From: Chiloscyllium plagiosum
Taxonomy: Eukaryota
Direction of reading: 5' to 3'
Length of the DNA: 43,900 bases
Assembly (NCBI RefSeq): GCF_004010195.1
Contig: NC_057754.1
Span: forward strand, 10,703,239 to 10,747,138
Shown here in pieces: positions 22,641-35,089 of this stretch; position 1 is the first letter of the stretch, and each line of letters begins with the position of its first letter. The notes under the pieces were generated by a model. It worked only from the letters and a program-made list of their open reading frames with translations. It did no database searches and was not told the DNA's origin. A program made the position numbers and the translations under genes.

Positions 22641-23574
22641 AGCCAGGTATTTCATTGTTTTATCTGTTTTATTCTAATAACAAGCGATTCTTTTTATGCA
22701 TCAATGCGATTTCTCATTTTCCTTGGAGGCTAATCCAATTAACAAATGATCTCTCTCGTTGTATCAAATCCTACAAATCAAACCCCTCCTCCATTATTAC
22801 AAGGTCTACATCCTTTTGTTTGAACCCAACTTGGATTGGTGCTCGAAAACCGGCTTCAATTCCAGGGAGTGTTGAATTTCCATAATTGTTTCTTTAGTAA
22901 CAAAATAATTCATTGCTATAAGATGAGGAATCTCTGGATTACTCTGACAAAGTAGCTATTGCTTTCAGCTGATGTGTTCACTGACCTATAAGGGAAGCGT
23001 CATTGGATTTGTCATGGCCAGTTTCTTGATGTTGAGACTAACACAACTCTTGAGAAGCTGTTGAGCTGAGAACAGACCAAATCCAATGGAAACTCCTGAG
23101 CTTCCTGATTACAATCCCTGTAATTGGCCCTCTAAGTCAGTCACCATCCTAACTTGGAAGTATATCAATATTCCAAGACTGTCGTTGGATCACAATTTGG
23201 TAAGAATTCCTAATAACAATGTGCGTGTCCCTGCATTGCAAGGACAGCAGCAGTACAAGGACGTTGCTGACTGTGACTTTCTCCAGGGCAAGCAGCCAGT
23301 GACAACAAATATTGGTCCAGCCAATGAGCCCCAAGTATGGCGAAAGAATTGTGGAAGTACAGACACAGCTGTAATTGTTGCGATCTCTCTAAATCAGAAC
23401 CATTTCCCTGGTAATACTGAAGTCCAGCTCATTCACTGACAGGCAGTTCACCCCCTCCCGGTTACACAGAAGCACCAGGGACACAGGGAAGTGAGGTGAG
23501 AGCATCCTTAGACACATCCTTAAGGGTGATGGGGTAATTTGGCTTAAATAGTTTCCATCATTTTCCTGAGAACG

Positions 23575-24785
23575 CGACAAGACAAATTGAGGAAGGCTGA
23601 GCAGTGGATGTCGTGTATGTGGATTTCAGTAAGGCACTTGATAAGATTCCCCACGGTAGGCTAATTCAGAGAGTTAGGAGGTATGGGATAAAGGGAAATT
23701 TGGCTTCTGGATACATAATTGGATGGCCGAAAGAAGACAGCGAGTGGTAGAGGATGGAAAGTATTCCGCCTGAGGGCGGTGACCAGTGGTGTCCTGCAGG
23801 GATCTCTTCTTGGGACCTCTGCTCTTTTATAGCTTTTATGAATGACTCGGACGAAGAAGTGGAAGAGTGGCTTAGTACGTTTGCCAATGATACAAAGAAA
23901 GGTAAGTGGTGCTGTAGATAGTGTTGTGGGCTGTTGCAGGCTTCAACATGACATTAACAGGATGCAGAGCTGGGCTGAGAAGTGGCAGATGGAGGTCAAA
24001 CTGGGTAATTGCGTACTGATATATTTTGAAAGGTCGAATTTGAATGCTGAATACAAGGTTAAACATTGGATTCTTGGCAGTGCAGAGGAACAGTGTGATC
24101 TTGGAGTCCACATGCATAGGTCGCTCAAAGTTGCCACCCAAAGTGATAGGGTTGTTAATAAGGCTTATGGAGCTTTGGCATTCATTAACAGGGAGATAGA
24201 GTGTAAGAGCCAAGAGGTTTGATGCAGCTCTATAAAACCCTGGTTAGACCACACTTGAAATATTGTGTCCAATTCTGGTTGCCTCATTATAAGAAGAATG
24301 GCGATGCTTCAGGGAGGGTGCAGAGGAGATTTTCCAGGATGCTGCCTGGATTGGAAGGCTTATATTATGAAGAGAGGTGGAATGAGCTCAGGCTTTTCTC
24401 ACTGGACACAAAAAGGAAGAGAGATGACTTGGTAGAGGTGTACAAGGTAAAGAGAAGAGTCGATGGAGTTGATAGCCAGAGACTTTTCCTGAAGGCAAAA
24501 ATGGCTGTCACGAGAGGTCATAATTTTAGGGTGATATGTACGAAGGTATGGGGAGATGTCAGAGGAAGGTTCTTTATGCAGAGAGTAATGGGTGTGCAGA
24601 ATGCACTGCCAGCAGTGGTAGTGTTGGAGTCAGAGACGTTAGTGACATTTCAAGAACTGTTGGACAAGCATATGGGCAGCAGTAAATTGAGGGGTGTGCA
24701 GGTTAGATTGATCTTCGATTTAGATAAAAGCTCAGCATAACTTTGTTGGCCGAAGGGCCTGTGCTGTACTGTTCTATGTTCTATA
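23575..24785 (+). mobile_element. 5'-truncated CR1 LINE (RT to 3' tail)
   Basis: VDVVYVDFSKA, WAEKWQME, LYKTLVRPHLKYCVQFW, (TTCTATG)n tail. Confidence 0.92.
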
Positions 24786-24881
24786 CAGTACTTTATTTCT
24801 GGCATTTCCCTTTTTTTGGTTTGAATCTGAATTTGAAATATCCACTGCTCTGATCTAATCCTTTCTGATAACGTTTTTCAG

Positions 24882-25177
24882 TTCTGTGTCATGGAGATTC
24901 TGTCATTCAGTCGCTATCCTCAGATGTTCAGACAGAAAGCGAAGCTGTGACTCTAAAGTGTTCCTAATAACCCACCTAGAGCGACTAGTATTTATTCTGG
25001 TACCAGCAACTTGCAGTCTAACAGCCTGAGTTTATCCTGTTGCAACATTCGAGCTTTTCTGAATATAACGCAAATTTTGCTGGAAGTTGTTTCTCTGTCG
25101 AGTTTCAGTCAGTGAATTAATTCACTACTGCACTCTCTTCGGACTGTAAGTGAATGAACCACCATTGAGTTACTGAG
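24882..25177 (+). pseudogene. T-cell receptor alpha/delta-type V gene segment pseudogene (V exon)
   Basis: Phase-1 acceptor TTTTTCAG at 24874-24881; LCHG|DSVIQSLSSDVQTESEAVTLKCS**PT*SD*YLFWYQQLAV*QPEFILLQHSSFSEYNANFAGSCFSVEFQSVN*FT, then after a frameshift TLFGL*VNEPPLSY*; Cys at mature position 22 and WYQQ 13 residues later; followed by a 23-RSS. Confidence 0.85.
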
Positions 25178-25216
25178 CACAATGAAGGACAACAAAATGA
25201 ACTGAGAGCAAAAGCT
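25178..25216 (+). promoter_or_regulatory. 23-bp-spacer recombination signal sequence of the V pseudogene
   Basis: CACAATG (25178-25184), 23 nt, GCAAAAGCT (25208-25216). Confidence 0.75.
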
Positions 25217-25525
25217 GTTTATGTCTCAGATTCTAATGTATTGGGCCAAATGAAGTTGAATCATGTCACAGCTCACGTCACTCTGGAAGCTGTCTGATTC
25301 CCAATTGCATTCTCCCATGCTTTTGCATATAGCCCTTTTGGCCCTGCCTTCGTCTTTTTCTATTGGGTAGACTGGGTTTATGTTACACGAGCTATCCAAT
25401 CATCTATTACATTGCAGTTTATATTGTATGTGACTGTGTCTTCCTAGGCACAGTTCTAGGCTTTATCTTAGGTTGTATGAGACTTGTTTATATGTCTGAT
25501 TATGTCAAGCAACACTCAATTCTTG

Positions 25526-25594
25526 CCATATTAACGCTCCAGTGATTAAAGCACTGCCCTTATAAGTCAGGAGTTCGAGGTCTCACAGAATCCT
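25526..25594 (+). pseudogene. Degenerate tRNA-like relic (Thr-TGT-like)
   Basis: CAGTGATTAAAGCACTGCCCTTATAAGTCAGGAGT resembles tRNA-Thr CAGTGGTTAGAGCACTGGTCTTGTAAACCAGGGGT. Confidence 0.35.
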
Positions 25595-26264
25595 TTGAGA
25601 ACTTTCTTAATTCTTTTGCTTTTAACAACAAAATGGTTCTGATGAAACGATCATTACACTGTTCCATTCCTCTTTGCTGTTTCTTCTTCCACAACACTCG
25701 ATCAGATAAGAAGTGGCTGAGGTGAGAAATGTTCAAGGCAGGAAGACCAAGATGTGGAAGTATAAAGTGCACAGTAATGAGGAAGCAACGAGGGAATAAC
25801 ACGAATAGGGGAACGGACCAACGTTTCGTTTCTCTGCAGTAACCAGGCTGTGGCTTTGTATGAAAGTTATACGACTGAGAATTCAAATTTTCTCCAGCAT
25901 TATTGCTGGACAGTTTGTTATGCCGAGGCAATGATCATGGTTTGATGTTAGCTTTCTGCTAATCAACAGTACGGAAAATATCTTTGATTTACTGAATAAA
26001 AAAACTCCAGATGCTTCTGATAAAAGACAACCACCTCTGCTGTCGTATATATTGCTGCCAATATTGGGTATGGCAGATAAGATGGAATATGAATCAACGA
26101 AAGTAAATTCTAAGCAACAAACTTTTTTTCCCAAAGGACACATTTCACTCGGCATTTCTTGTTTGATAAAAGTCAGGTTGCAGCGTTCACTGTGTGTTTG
26201 TCCGAAAACAGGAACTGAATGTACACCAATAACTTGTGTTACTTTGGAAGAGCATTAAGGTGGT

Positions 26265-27830
26265 TATGACCCCAGGGCCCGATGGTATTTGTCCCAGGTT
26301 ATTGAGAGAGACAAGTGAAGAGATTGCTGCGGCCTTGACAAAGACCTTTGCATCCTCGATAGTCACTGGAGTGATCCTGGAGTGATTCGCATTTAGCTAG
26401 TGTTGTCCATCTTTTCAAAAAGAAAGGAATCCAGGCAACTATAGAGCAGGTATTACATTGGGAGCTGGGAAGCTTTTGGAGAGAATTCTTAGGGATGGGA
26501 TTTACACCCATTTGGGAAAAGCATGGCCTAATTAGGAATAGGAGAGAGTGAGGGCTGGAGATCAGAGCTGAAAATGTGTTGCTGGAAAAGCGCAGCAGGT
26601 CAGGCAGCATCCAAGGAGGAGGAGAATCGACGTTTCGGGCATGAGCCCTTCTTTCGGCTCATGTCCGAAACGTCGATTCTCCTGCTCCTTGGATGCTGCC
26701 TGACCTGCTGCGCTTTTCCAGCAACACATTTTCAGCCCTAATTAGGAATAGTCAGTATGGCTTTGTGGAGTAGGTCATGTGTTATTAACTTGATTGAATT
26801 TTTCGAGGAGGTGGCGGAGGTGATCATTGAGTTAATAGCAGTGGAAGTTGCCTAATTGAATTTTAGTAAGGCTTTAAAGAATGTCCCGCTTTGATAGACT
26901 CATCTAGAATATTTAAATGTATAGGATCCTCGGTGAGTTTGCTGCTTAGATACAGAATTGTTGCCCATAGAAGGCAGAGGGCCGTGCTGGCAGACTATTT
27001 TCTAGCTGGAAGGTGGTGTTCATATATATAAAAAGCACTTGGATGAAAAGGTTGATGGGTGCGTTTATAAGTTGCAGACAATACAAAGATCGATGGAGTT
27101 GTGGACATTGTAAAAACTTGTTAAAGAAAACAGTTGGATACAGATCAGTTGCTGATATGGGCAGAAAAATGGCAGATAGAGTTTAATCCGGGCAAGTGTG
27201 AGGTGCTGCACTTTGTGAGATCAAATGTTAAGGAAACATACAGAGTTAATGGCAGGACCCTGCACAGCATTGATGTATAGAGGGATCTTGGGATTCAAGT
27301 CCATAGCTCCCTGAAAGTGGCCACGCAAGGATAGAGGGTGGTAAAGAAGGCATATGGCCTGCTTGCCTTTTATGGTCGGTGAACTGAGTGCAAGCAGTAC
27401 CCCACGTTGTAGCTTTATATGATTTTGGTTAGGTCACACTTACAATATTACATTCGGTTCTGGTCTTTACATTAAAGGAAGGATGTGGAGGCTTTGGAGA
27501 AGGTTCAGACGTGATTAGTGAAGATGTTGGCTGTAATAGAGGGGATGAGTGATAAAGATACGTGAGGAATTCTCGGGTTGTCTTCTCTGGAGCGGAGGAC
27601 ATCGAAGCAGATTTTCAAAGATTACTAAGGATCATGATGAAAAGGGTCAATGGCTGAAAATTGGCAGATGGAGTTCAATCTGGATAAATCGGAGGCATAA
27701 ATAAAATGTTTAGATGAATATATGAATAGGAAAAATTTGGAGGGCTACGATCCATGAATTTAGTTGGGGATTAGGTTCGGTATGGACTGGTTGGACAAAA
27801 GTGCCTATTTCCATGCCGTATCAATCTAAT
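26265..27830 (+). mobile_element. Degraded 5'-truncated CR1 LINE
   Basis: PGPDGICPRLLRE, TNLIEFFEEV, WAEKWQIEFNPGKCEVLHF motifs; 3' UTR near 27720-27830. Confidence 0.88.
26542..26736. mobile_element. Palindromic Penelope-like pLTR-derived hairpin element inserted in CR1
   Basis: 81-bp arms 26567-26647 and 26656-26736 with 2 differences; TSD CCTAATTAGGAATAG at 26527-26541 and 26737-26751. Confidence 0.85.
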
Positions 27831-28899
27831 TCAATGAGAACACGCATTTTAGAAGTATGGAAGAGTTGAAAATTGCACTAGAGCCTGATAGAACCTAAAA
27901 TCTTCTAATCTGTAGTTAGTTAAGTCATGGTCTCCGTGAATCAGGAATCTGAACAAACTCAGCAAATAAGCTTCTGGTCATTTCTCACCCAGAGTCTGCA
28001 TCAGATGACTTTATTGGAGCCAAGCTTTCACCGCAACGCAGCATCTCATAACAGGTCCCCATTACTATTAGCCTCTTCTCAACCTTCCTGCTGCACATCT
28101 GCTGAACTACATCATGTGATCACAGTTCGACTTTCTTCACATTGAAACCCGTGATGACACAAACAGTGCAGCAAGGTTTCCTGTCAGCATCACTGGTTTT
28201 GCATTGATTAGTCTAGTAAGAATTTGCTTCCATCTAGACGGATGTTCCTTGGTCTAAATCCAGGAATTCCCTCTTAACATCATCATGGCTGCATCTCCGT
28301 CCCAGTTCACATAAGCAGCTCAAGAAAGTAGCTCATCTCCTCCATCAGTTGGGTAATTATATAAGGGCAATGAATCTCAGTGAGTGACGTGCATATCTCA
28401 GGAATCGTTTTTTTTTTAAAAGTTGCTATCAATCTTTGTCAATTAAGCAAAACGACACTGTTCCTCTTGCCAGGTTCCCTCAGTGTTTATTAACGTGGTT
28501 AGTAGAGAATGAACGTGTCCCCTTTATCTAGTTAATGTAGCAGGTGAAAATGTCATTTTTAAACCAATGCAAAACTGGAATATCTCCTATGTGTTTTCAG
28601 TGGAAACTGTTCAGCTGTCAACTGTCCGTTTATTTTTGCAAAACTGGAAGGTGATAGAAATTTTCACCGAGCAACATTGAAACAGAAAAACAAAATGAAG
28701 CTTGTTGCCTGTTCGTTTAGCACATGGTCACTCCCCTTAGACGACTGTCTACAGCACAGTTAGGTAGCATGCCGAAGAAATGCAATGCAATTCAACTGAA
28801 TTTGTCGAAACAATCTCCACACCTTATTAGGTGTGTACTCGATGAAAAGAGAATCATACCTTTTTATCACTGAAACGTCTTTTCCAACGTTATATGATT

Positions 28900-30850
28900 G
28901 TCTGATAAGGATACTTTACTAACATCTTCACAACGTCTACTCTATCCAGGTCATTCAGTATTCTGTATGTTTCAATTAGATCCCTCTCATCTTTCGAAAC
29001 GCCACCGTGTATAAACACAGAGTCCACAAACGTTTCTCGTATGTTAAGTCTTTCATACCTGGGACAATTCTGGTGAACCTTCCCTGAACATGCCCCACAG
29101 CCAGTACATCCTTCCTGAGACATTGGGTCCAAACTTCCAAATGTGCAATACTCCAAATGTGGTCTGACCAGAGCCTTATAGAGCCTCAGAAGTACCTCCC
29201 TGCCTTTATATTGAAGCCCTGTCAAAATAAATGGCATCTTTGCATTTGCCTTCCAAACTACTGACTCAACCTACAGGTTTAAATTGAGAGCATCCTGGAC
29301 AAGAACTCTGAAGTCACTTTGCACTTCAGACTTCTGAATTTTCCCCCCATTTCGAAAATAGTCCGTGCCTCTATTCTTCCTGCGAAAGCTGTTTTTGCTG
29401 GCCTCCTTGTTCGCAGCCATATAGTCAGTCATCATATTGCTCTCGCCTCGCTTAACCCCTTACCCTGGGTGGCCCCTAGCATTCCAGAACATTGGGTATC
29501 AACCAAATAACTTCCGATTTTCACACATACTTTCTACTTATTTATCTGTAGCCACCTGCGGGGCTAAACCACAACCCAGCCAGATGTTATCAATAGGCGG
29601 ATGTAATATTTGGAGTGTGCATTGACTCAAGATCTGAGAAGAATCGCTTGTTATGTGCAGTCTTGGAAGGCTGACCTCTGACTCTGCTGGGTGTATAGCC
29701 ACGTAAGGCCTCCAGTGACTAACTTGTGGTTTTGTGCCTGATTGAGCAAATGTCAGGTAGGCATCTGTTGTACCATGTAAATCCGCAGCGATCTGGAGTG
29801 CTTTGGAGTAGCACCAGGCCATACTAAGGAAAGGTGTGCTCCCCATGATATCATGCAAACGAGTTTGTTAATGCTCAAGGTCGGAGTCCGGAGAATTTCT
29901 TTAAAAATGTCCTACCAAAGTACATGACCCCATACTGTCAAACGTTGTACTCCATCTGCCATTTCTTTGCCCAATCTCCTAACCTGTCTAAATCCTTCTG
30001 CAGGCTCCCCACCTCCCCAATGCTATTTGTCCCTCTACCTATCTTTGTATCATCTGCGAACTTAGCCAGAGTGCCCTCAGTTCCTTCATCTAGTTGGTTA
30101 ATGTATAAAATGAAACATTGTGTTCCCAACTCTGAGGCTTGTGGAACACCACTTGCCACTGGCTGCCATCCAAAGAAGAACCGTTTTATCCCCACTCTCT
30201 GCTTTCCGGTACACAGTCAAGCTTCTATCCATACTAGCATCTTGCCTCTGACACCATGGGCCCTTATTTCACTCAGTAGCCTTCTGTGCAGCACCTTGTT
30301 AAAGGTTTCATTGAAGTCCAGGTAGATAGCATTCATTGGCTTCCTCAAAAAATTCGAGACGTTTTTTTAAGAAATGACCTTCCCTTGATGAAACCATACT
30401 AGGCTTTACCCTATTTTGCAATACATTTCCGAGTATTAAGAAATCTCATCTTTCACAATGGTATCCAGAATCTTACCCACGACCGAGGTTAGGCTAATCA
30501 GTCTGTAATTTTTTTCATGTTTTGCCATACTGCCTTTTTAAATAGGGGTGTCCCACGTGAGCGATTTTCCAGTCCTCAGGGACCACCCTTGATTGTAGCT
30601 ATTCGTGAAAGATCACTATTAAAGCCTCTGCTATATCTTCCGCCATCTCCCTTAGAACTCTGGCGTGGAGTCCATCCAGTCCAGGTAATTTCTCTATCTT
30701 CAGGCCATTCAGTTTTTCCAGCGCCTTCTCCTTGGTGATGACCACCATGCTCAGCTCTGCCCCCTCATACTCTTGAATGTTTGGGGAGGTTACGCGTGTC
30801 TTCTACGTGAAGACTGACACAAAGTAATTATTCTGTTCCTCAGCCATTTT
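28900..30850 (-). mobile_element. Degraded CR1 LINE RT region
   Basis: SGVPQASELG, AKFADDTKIG, WAKKWQMEYNV, LYKALVRPHLEYC. Confidence 0.9.
29382..29909. mobile_element. Unclassified insertion of about 530 bp in CR1 (solo-LTR-like)
   Basis: Host text TATTCTTCCT|ACCAAAG is split, with TCCT on both sides. Confidence 0.5.
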
Positions 30851-31227
30851 CCAGGGAACCACTGTCCACTTTTGCCTCTTTACTTTAGACAAGTGCTGAG
30901 ATCAGCTGAAACTTTGTGAACTGCTGCTGATGTTTAATTTCCTGCTTCGTTCCCTTCCACTATTGTTTGTGTCTTATTATGAGATTGAAGAGATTATTTA
31001 CACCATAGCTATACTCCATTTTTACGTTGGTGAATTTCACGCTAAATTTGCGCTCATTTAAGGGCATCCGTCCTCATTGATATTCAATATGCTGACCCGC
31101 ACATTTCGGCCCTGATGATAAGTACCTTGAAGATAAAGTTAAAACAATTAAATGTGTCATCGCTGAATTTAACCATGCTGATTTTGGTCCGTCCAATCTT
31201 GTATCAAAAATTGCGAGAATGAATGTG

Positions 31228-31422
31228 ACCACATTAGGCAAATTGGTCATGCTACATTGTCCATAGGGTTGAGGGGTGTGTTGGTAAGGCGGTTTAGTCA
31301 AGGGAAATGCAGAGTAATAGGCGTGGGGGATGGGTCTGGGTGTGTTACTCTTTGGAGGGTCGGTGTGGACTTGCTGATCCGAATAGCCTGATCCCACACT
31401 GGAGGGATTCTATGATTCTATG
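31228..31422 (+). mobile_element. HE1-like SINE, 3' half
   Basis: TTAGGCAAATTGGTCATGCTA...GGAGGGTCGGTGTGGACTTG...(GATTCTAT)n. Confidence 0.8.
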
Positions 31423-32561
31423 ACAAAAAAACGCACTTATTTGATGATTCACAGAAATAATGTAACACTTCTGACCAGAACCATGTCAGGCGCAAAACAA
31501 AAGTGCATTACAGTAACTGTGCACACAGATTTGAAGTGAGCCGAATCGCAAACGTTCATAAATCAATGTGACTGATAAACTGGGTATGCCTACTCTGGAT
31601 ACATTTATTAATTTGGAAAATTCTGCATGGGCAACAGTCAGAAAAAAAAACCCAGAGGTTTTGCGCCCTGTAAGTGATGGAATAAGCCTATCTTTTCTAA
31701 TTGCAGAGTTCATTGCACTTAAATGGATGTAGAGATGCAGAAGGAGATGCAGAACCACAGTTGCACCTGTTAATAACAAGACTGAATAATGACTGGGAGT
31801 GAGATTTTGCCCTAATTTCCCTTCCACTTTAGAACAGCTCTGCTCTGTTAATGCTTGTGCTGAAGTAACGTATATCGGCCTTGTGAGCGTATATCAAAGA
31901 TTCGATATATGTGACGATCAACTTTGAGTTTGCGACTGACTCATGCTCTCGTCATTCATTTCCCAATACTTAAACGCGATGTTTTCATTTTACTTTGAAA
32001 CAATGTCTGGAGCTCGACTGACTTTCTCAGCCATTGAACCGTAAACCAGCCCAACAGCAACAACACCGATCTGTTTGCTTCAAACAGTATGATTAAAGTG
32101 CAAGGGCAACAATTCGATTTTTCCTTGGTATATTACGTGAGGCATTAATGTCCGAATCAATCAAAGTTGTGCAGAGCTTGCTCTCAGCTGGGTAAAGAAA
32201 TGAATGGAACAGCATACGTTCTGTTGTTTGACATTTATTATCAGCCCTTGCAGTTCCCCTGGTTCCAGGAAAAAAAGATGGCCGCTGATAGACGCATAAA
32301 GTAAATTCTTCTCTAACTTTCTTACATCTCATTAGTTCTCCGCTTATTTATCAGGGTACTTCTTGCTCCACTGATGCCTATCGTCTTTAACGAAATGGGC
32401 AATCCCTAATCAAGAAACATATCTTTTTTTTACCTTCAATTATATGTCTACTTTGCAGTATATTTTATATACCTGATATCCTATCTACATTTAATATGGA
32501 AAAACTATATAGAGAGATTGGATTCAAACGTGTCGATCAATTGTTTTCTCTTCCCCAGTAT

Positions 32562-32589
32562 CACAGTGAATGAGACAGACACAAAGAGC
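32562..32589 (+). promoter_or_regulatory. 12-bp-spacer RSS candidate
   Basis: CACAGTG (perfect), 12 nt AATGAGACAGAC, ACAAAGAGC (7/9 to ACAAAAACC); flank reads ATACTGGGGAAG on the minus strand. Confidence 0.45.
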
Positions 32590-33099
32590 AAAAAAGTTTT
32601 AACTCGCAATCTCTACCTCCCCATTACCCGGCCACTCAGTTTCAATCAGTGGTTTCCTGCCCCTTAGGGGCAAGGTCATCTAAAACGCACCAAACTTCCC
32701 AATACACCAAGCGCAGGGCGATTATAATCCGCTAACCAAATAGCATTGATGCAATCCCTGACTGAGAGAGTCATAAATAAAAATTAGACCAACTTCCCAA
32801 ATAGGTCAGGTTTCACTCTGTTGAAAAGCCGATTGCCATGAGTTGGAAAGGGAGCTCCATGATATTCACACGAGGCTGTGACTTGTTTTCCGTTGTTTGT
32901 CCGCCAGTTCAATGGACGATTTCACTGGGAATGCGACTGTCATTAGAAATGGATGAATGTGTGGTGTTACTGGAAGATGGCAGGTGATCTGCACGAAGTC
33001 AGGTCCTCATTCAGAGAGCCATTGCAGACACAATGCACTGAGTTAAAAAAAAAAGAAACAGGAGGAAGGAGAGACAGGGAGACACAGAGTTGGGGAGAG

Positions 33100-33940
33100 A
33101 GGCCTGTCGTGGGATCCGGGGTGGGATCTTAATAGTTGTTGACCGAACTTCGGAGAGTGTCCTGATTCATACGTTCTTCCAGGGTTCCTTAGCAGTGTCT
33201 TAGTAGCAGTGGATTAACGATGGGGAGGAGCATCGATCGATCAGTTATGTTGTAAGCCTGCATCTAGGAGTCGGAGAGATTGGCATATTTTCACTCAGAG
33301 CCGGAAAGGGCTGAGCATTTGCCCGGAATGGTCGCCTGATAGAGGATCTAAGTAAGGAGTACACTGTTTCGGTTCGTAGGAGATAAGCTCAGTACTGGAT
33401 TTTAAATATTCAAGTTCCATTATTTGTCTTTTGCAAACATAACATTTAAAACTGCTGATAAGGGAAGGGTAGACAGCTTTTTTTATCCCTTTAAAGTTGT
33501 ATTTCGAGCTGCTTCATATAGGCCTTATGATGTAAGATCTAGGCATCAAGGTTTTGCAGCACAGAGCGTCAGCAGCACCAGTGTGCACAAACGATAGATT
33601 TGAGCGAAGTGTCGGTCTTTTTAGACAAGTCTACGTTCCCTAATTTTTAAGATTCACGGATGGCAGTCAGTGGGGTTGTATTCTGTCGAATGTGACAGAT
33701 AAGGGAACGGTTGACTTGTCCCTGGAAACTATGTCTGTTTGGATGCGTCTCATATCAGACAGCTTGAATTCGCTGAAGAGGCAGAAGAGGAGATTACAGG
33801 AGGTTTGGGGTGTGATGGTTCGTAACTTTCGAGAGCTAGTCGTACCGCAGGTACAGGCAGATGGGTGACTTTCAGGAGAGGTAGGAATGTAGTGCAGGAT
33901 TCTCACGTGGCTGTCCCTTTCTCAAACAAATACACCATTT
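33100..33940 (+). mobile_element. CR1 5' UTR/ORF1 fragment (old)
   Basis: ORF1-like text ATGGCAGTCAGTGGGGTTGTATTCTGTCGAATG... and VQDSHVAVPFSNKY. Confidence 0.5.
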
Positions 33941-33944
33941 CAGA

Positions 33945-35060
33945 TAAGGCAATAATGCATGGCGTTGCACAGGATGTACTGGCATGGATAGAGGAGTGAT
34001 TAACTAATATAAAGCAGAGGTTTGGTTAAATAGGTGTTTCTAGGTTGGAGATCAGTGTTGCAGCGGTGTGCCACTGGGGTCACGTTGGGCCTGTAACCTT
34101 CATGATTTACATAAGAGGTTTGCAAGAGGAGTGCAACGTATCCAAGTATGCTGATGACACTAAATTAAGTCGTAAACTGTGTAGAGGATTTGGAGAGTCT
34201 GCTGAGATATTTAGATCGGTTAAGTAAGTGAGCAAGGGTCTGGCTGATGGGGTACAATGTTGGTAAACGTGAGGTTATCCACATTCCAAGTAAAAATAGT
34301 AGGTCAGAGTATTATTTAAATGAAGAACGATTGCAGCATGTTGTTGCACAGCGAGACGTGGGAGTGCTCGTACTTGAATCGCTGTAATTCGATTTGTAGT
34401 TGCAGCATGTAATCAAGAAAACAAATGGAAAACTGGGGTTCATTACTAGAGGGATTGACTTTAAGAGCTGGGAGGTTCTGCTGCAATTCTACAAGGTACT
34501 AGTGAGGCCGCACCTGCAGTATTGTGCGCATTTCTGGTCACCTTACTTGAGGGAGGACATATTGGCTTTGGAGGTGGTGCAGAAAGGGTTCACCAGTTTG
34601 ATTCCGGAGATGAACGGGTTAATTTATGAGAGATATTGATTGGCCTGGGACTGTACTCGTTAGAATTTAGAAGAATGAGAGGGGATCGTTTAGAAACATA
34701 AAATGATGAAAGTGATAGATAAGTTGAGGCTGGCAAATTGTTTCTGCTGGTGGGTGAGACTGGGATTAAGGGAAATGGCCTCAAGATTAGGGGGAGAAGA
34801 TTTAGGACAGAGATGAGGAGGAACTGCTTTTCCCAGAGAGTCGCGAATCTATGGAATTCTCTGCCCAAGGAAACAGCAGAGGCAGCTTCATTAAATATAT
34901 TCAAGACACAGCTGGATGGGTTTTGCATCGTGGAGAATTAAGGATTATGGGGTTAATGTTCGTAAAAGGAGCTGAGACGATGGATAGATCAGTCATAAAG
35001 GTGGGGTAGACTCGATGGGCCAAATTGTCTATCTCTGCTTCCATTATGTTGATACTATGA
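33945..35060 (+). mobile_element. 5'-truncated CR1 LINE
   Basis: SKYADDTKLS, YKVLVRPHLQYCAHFWSP, EMRRNCFSQRVANLWNSLP. Confidence 0.9.
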
Positions 35061-35089
35061 TAGTTTTAAGTTGGGGTGGGGGGGGGGGG

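Noticed and set aside
26188..26194. Isolated CACAGTG/CACTGTG heptamers (also near 8854, 16163, 21231, 38581 and in SINEs)
   Set aside because: No nonamer at 12 or 23 spacing.
31105..31235. Open stretch GPDDKYLEDKVKTIKCVIAEF as a TCR constant-domain remnant
   Set aside because: Only a CxIxxF echo; no second cysteine, tryptophan or splice sites.
32670..32775. Patchy resemblance to U4 snRNA (AAACTTCCCAATAC, GCATTG..GCAAT) and two small hairpins just upstream
   Set aside because: Needs large gaps and has no intact Sm site; not supportable by eye.
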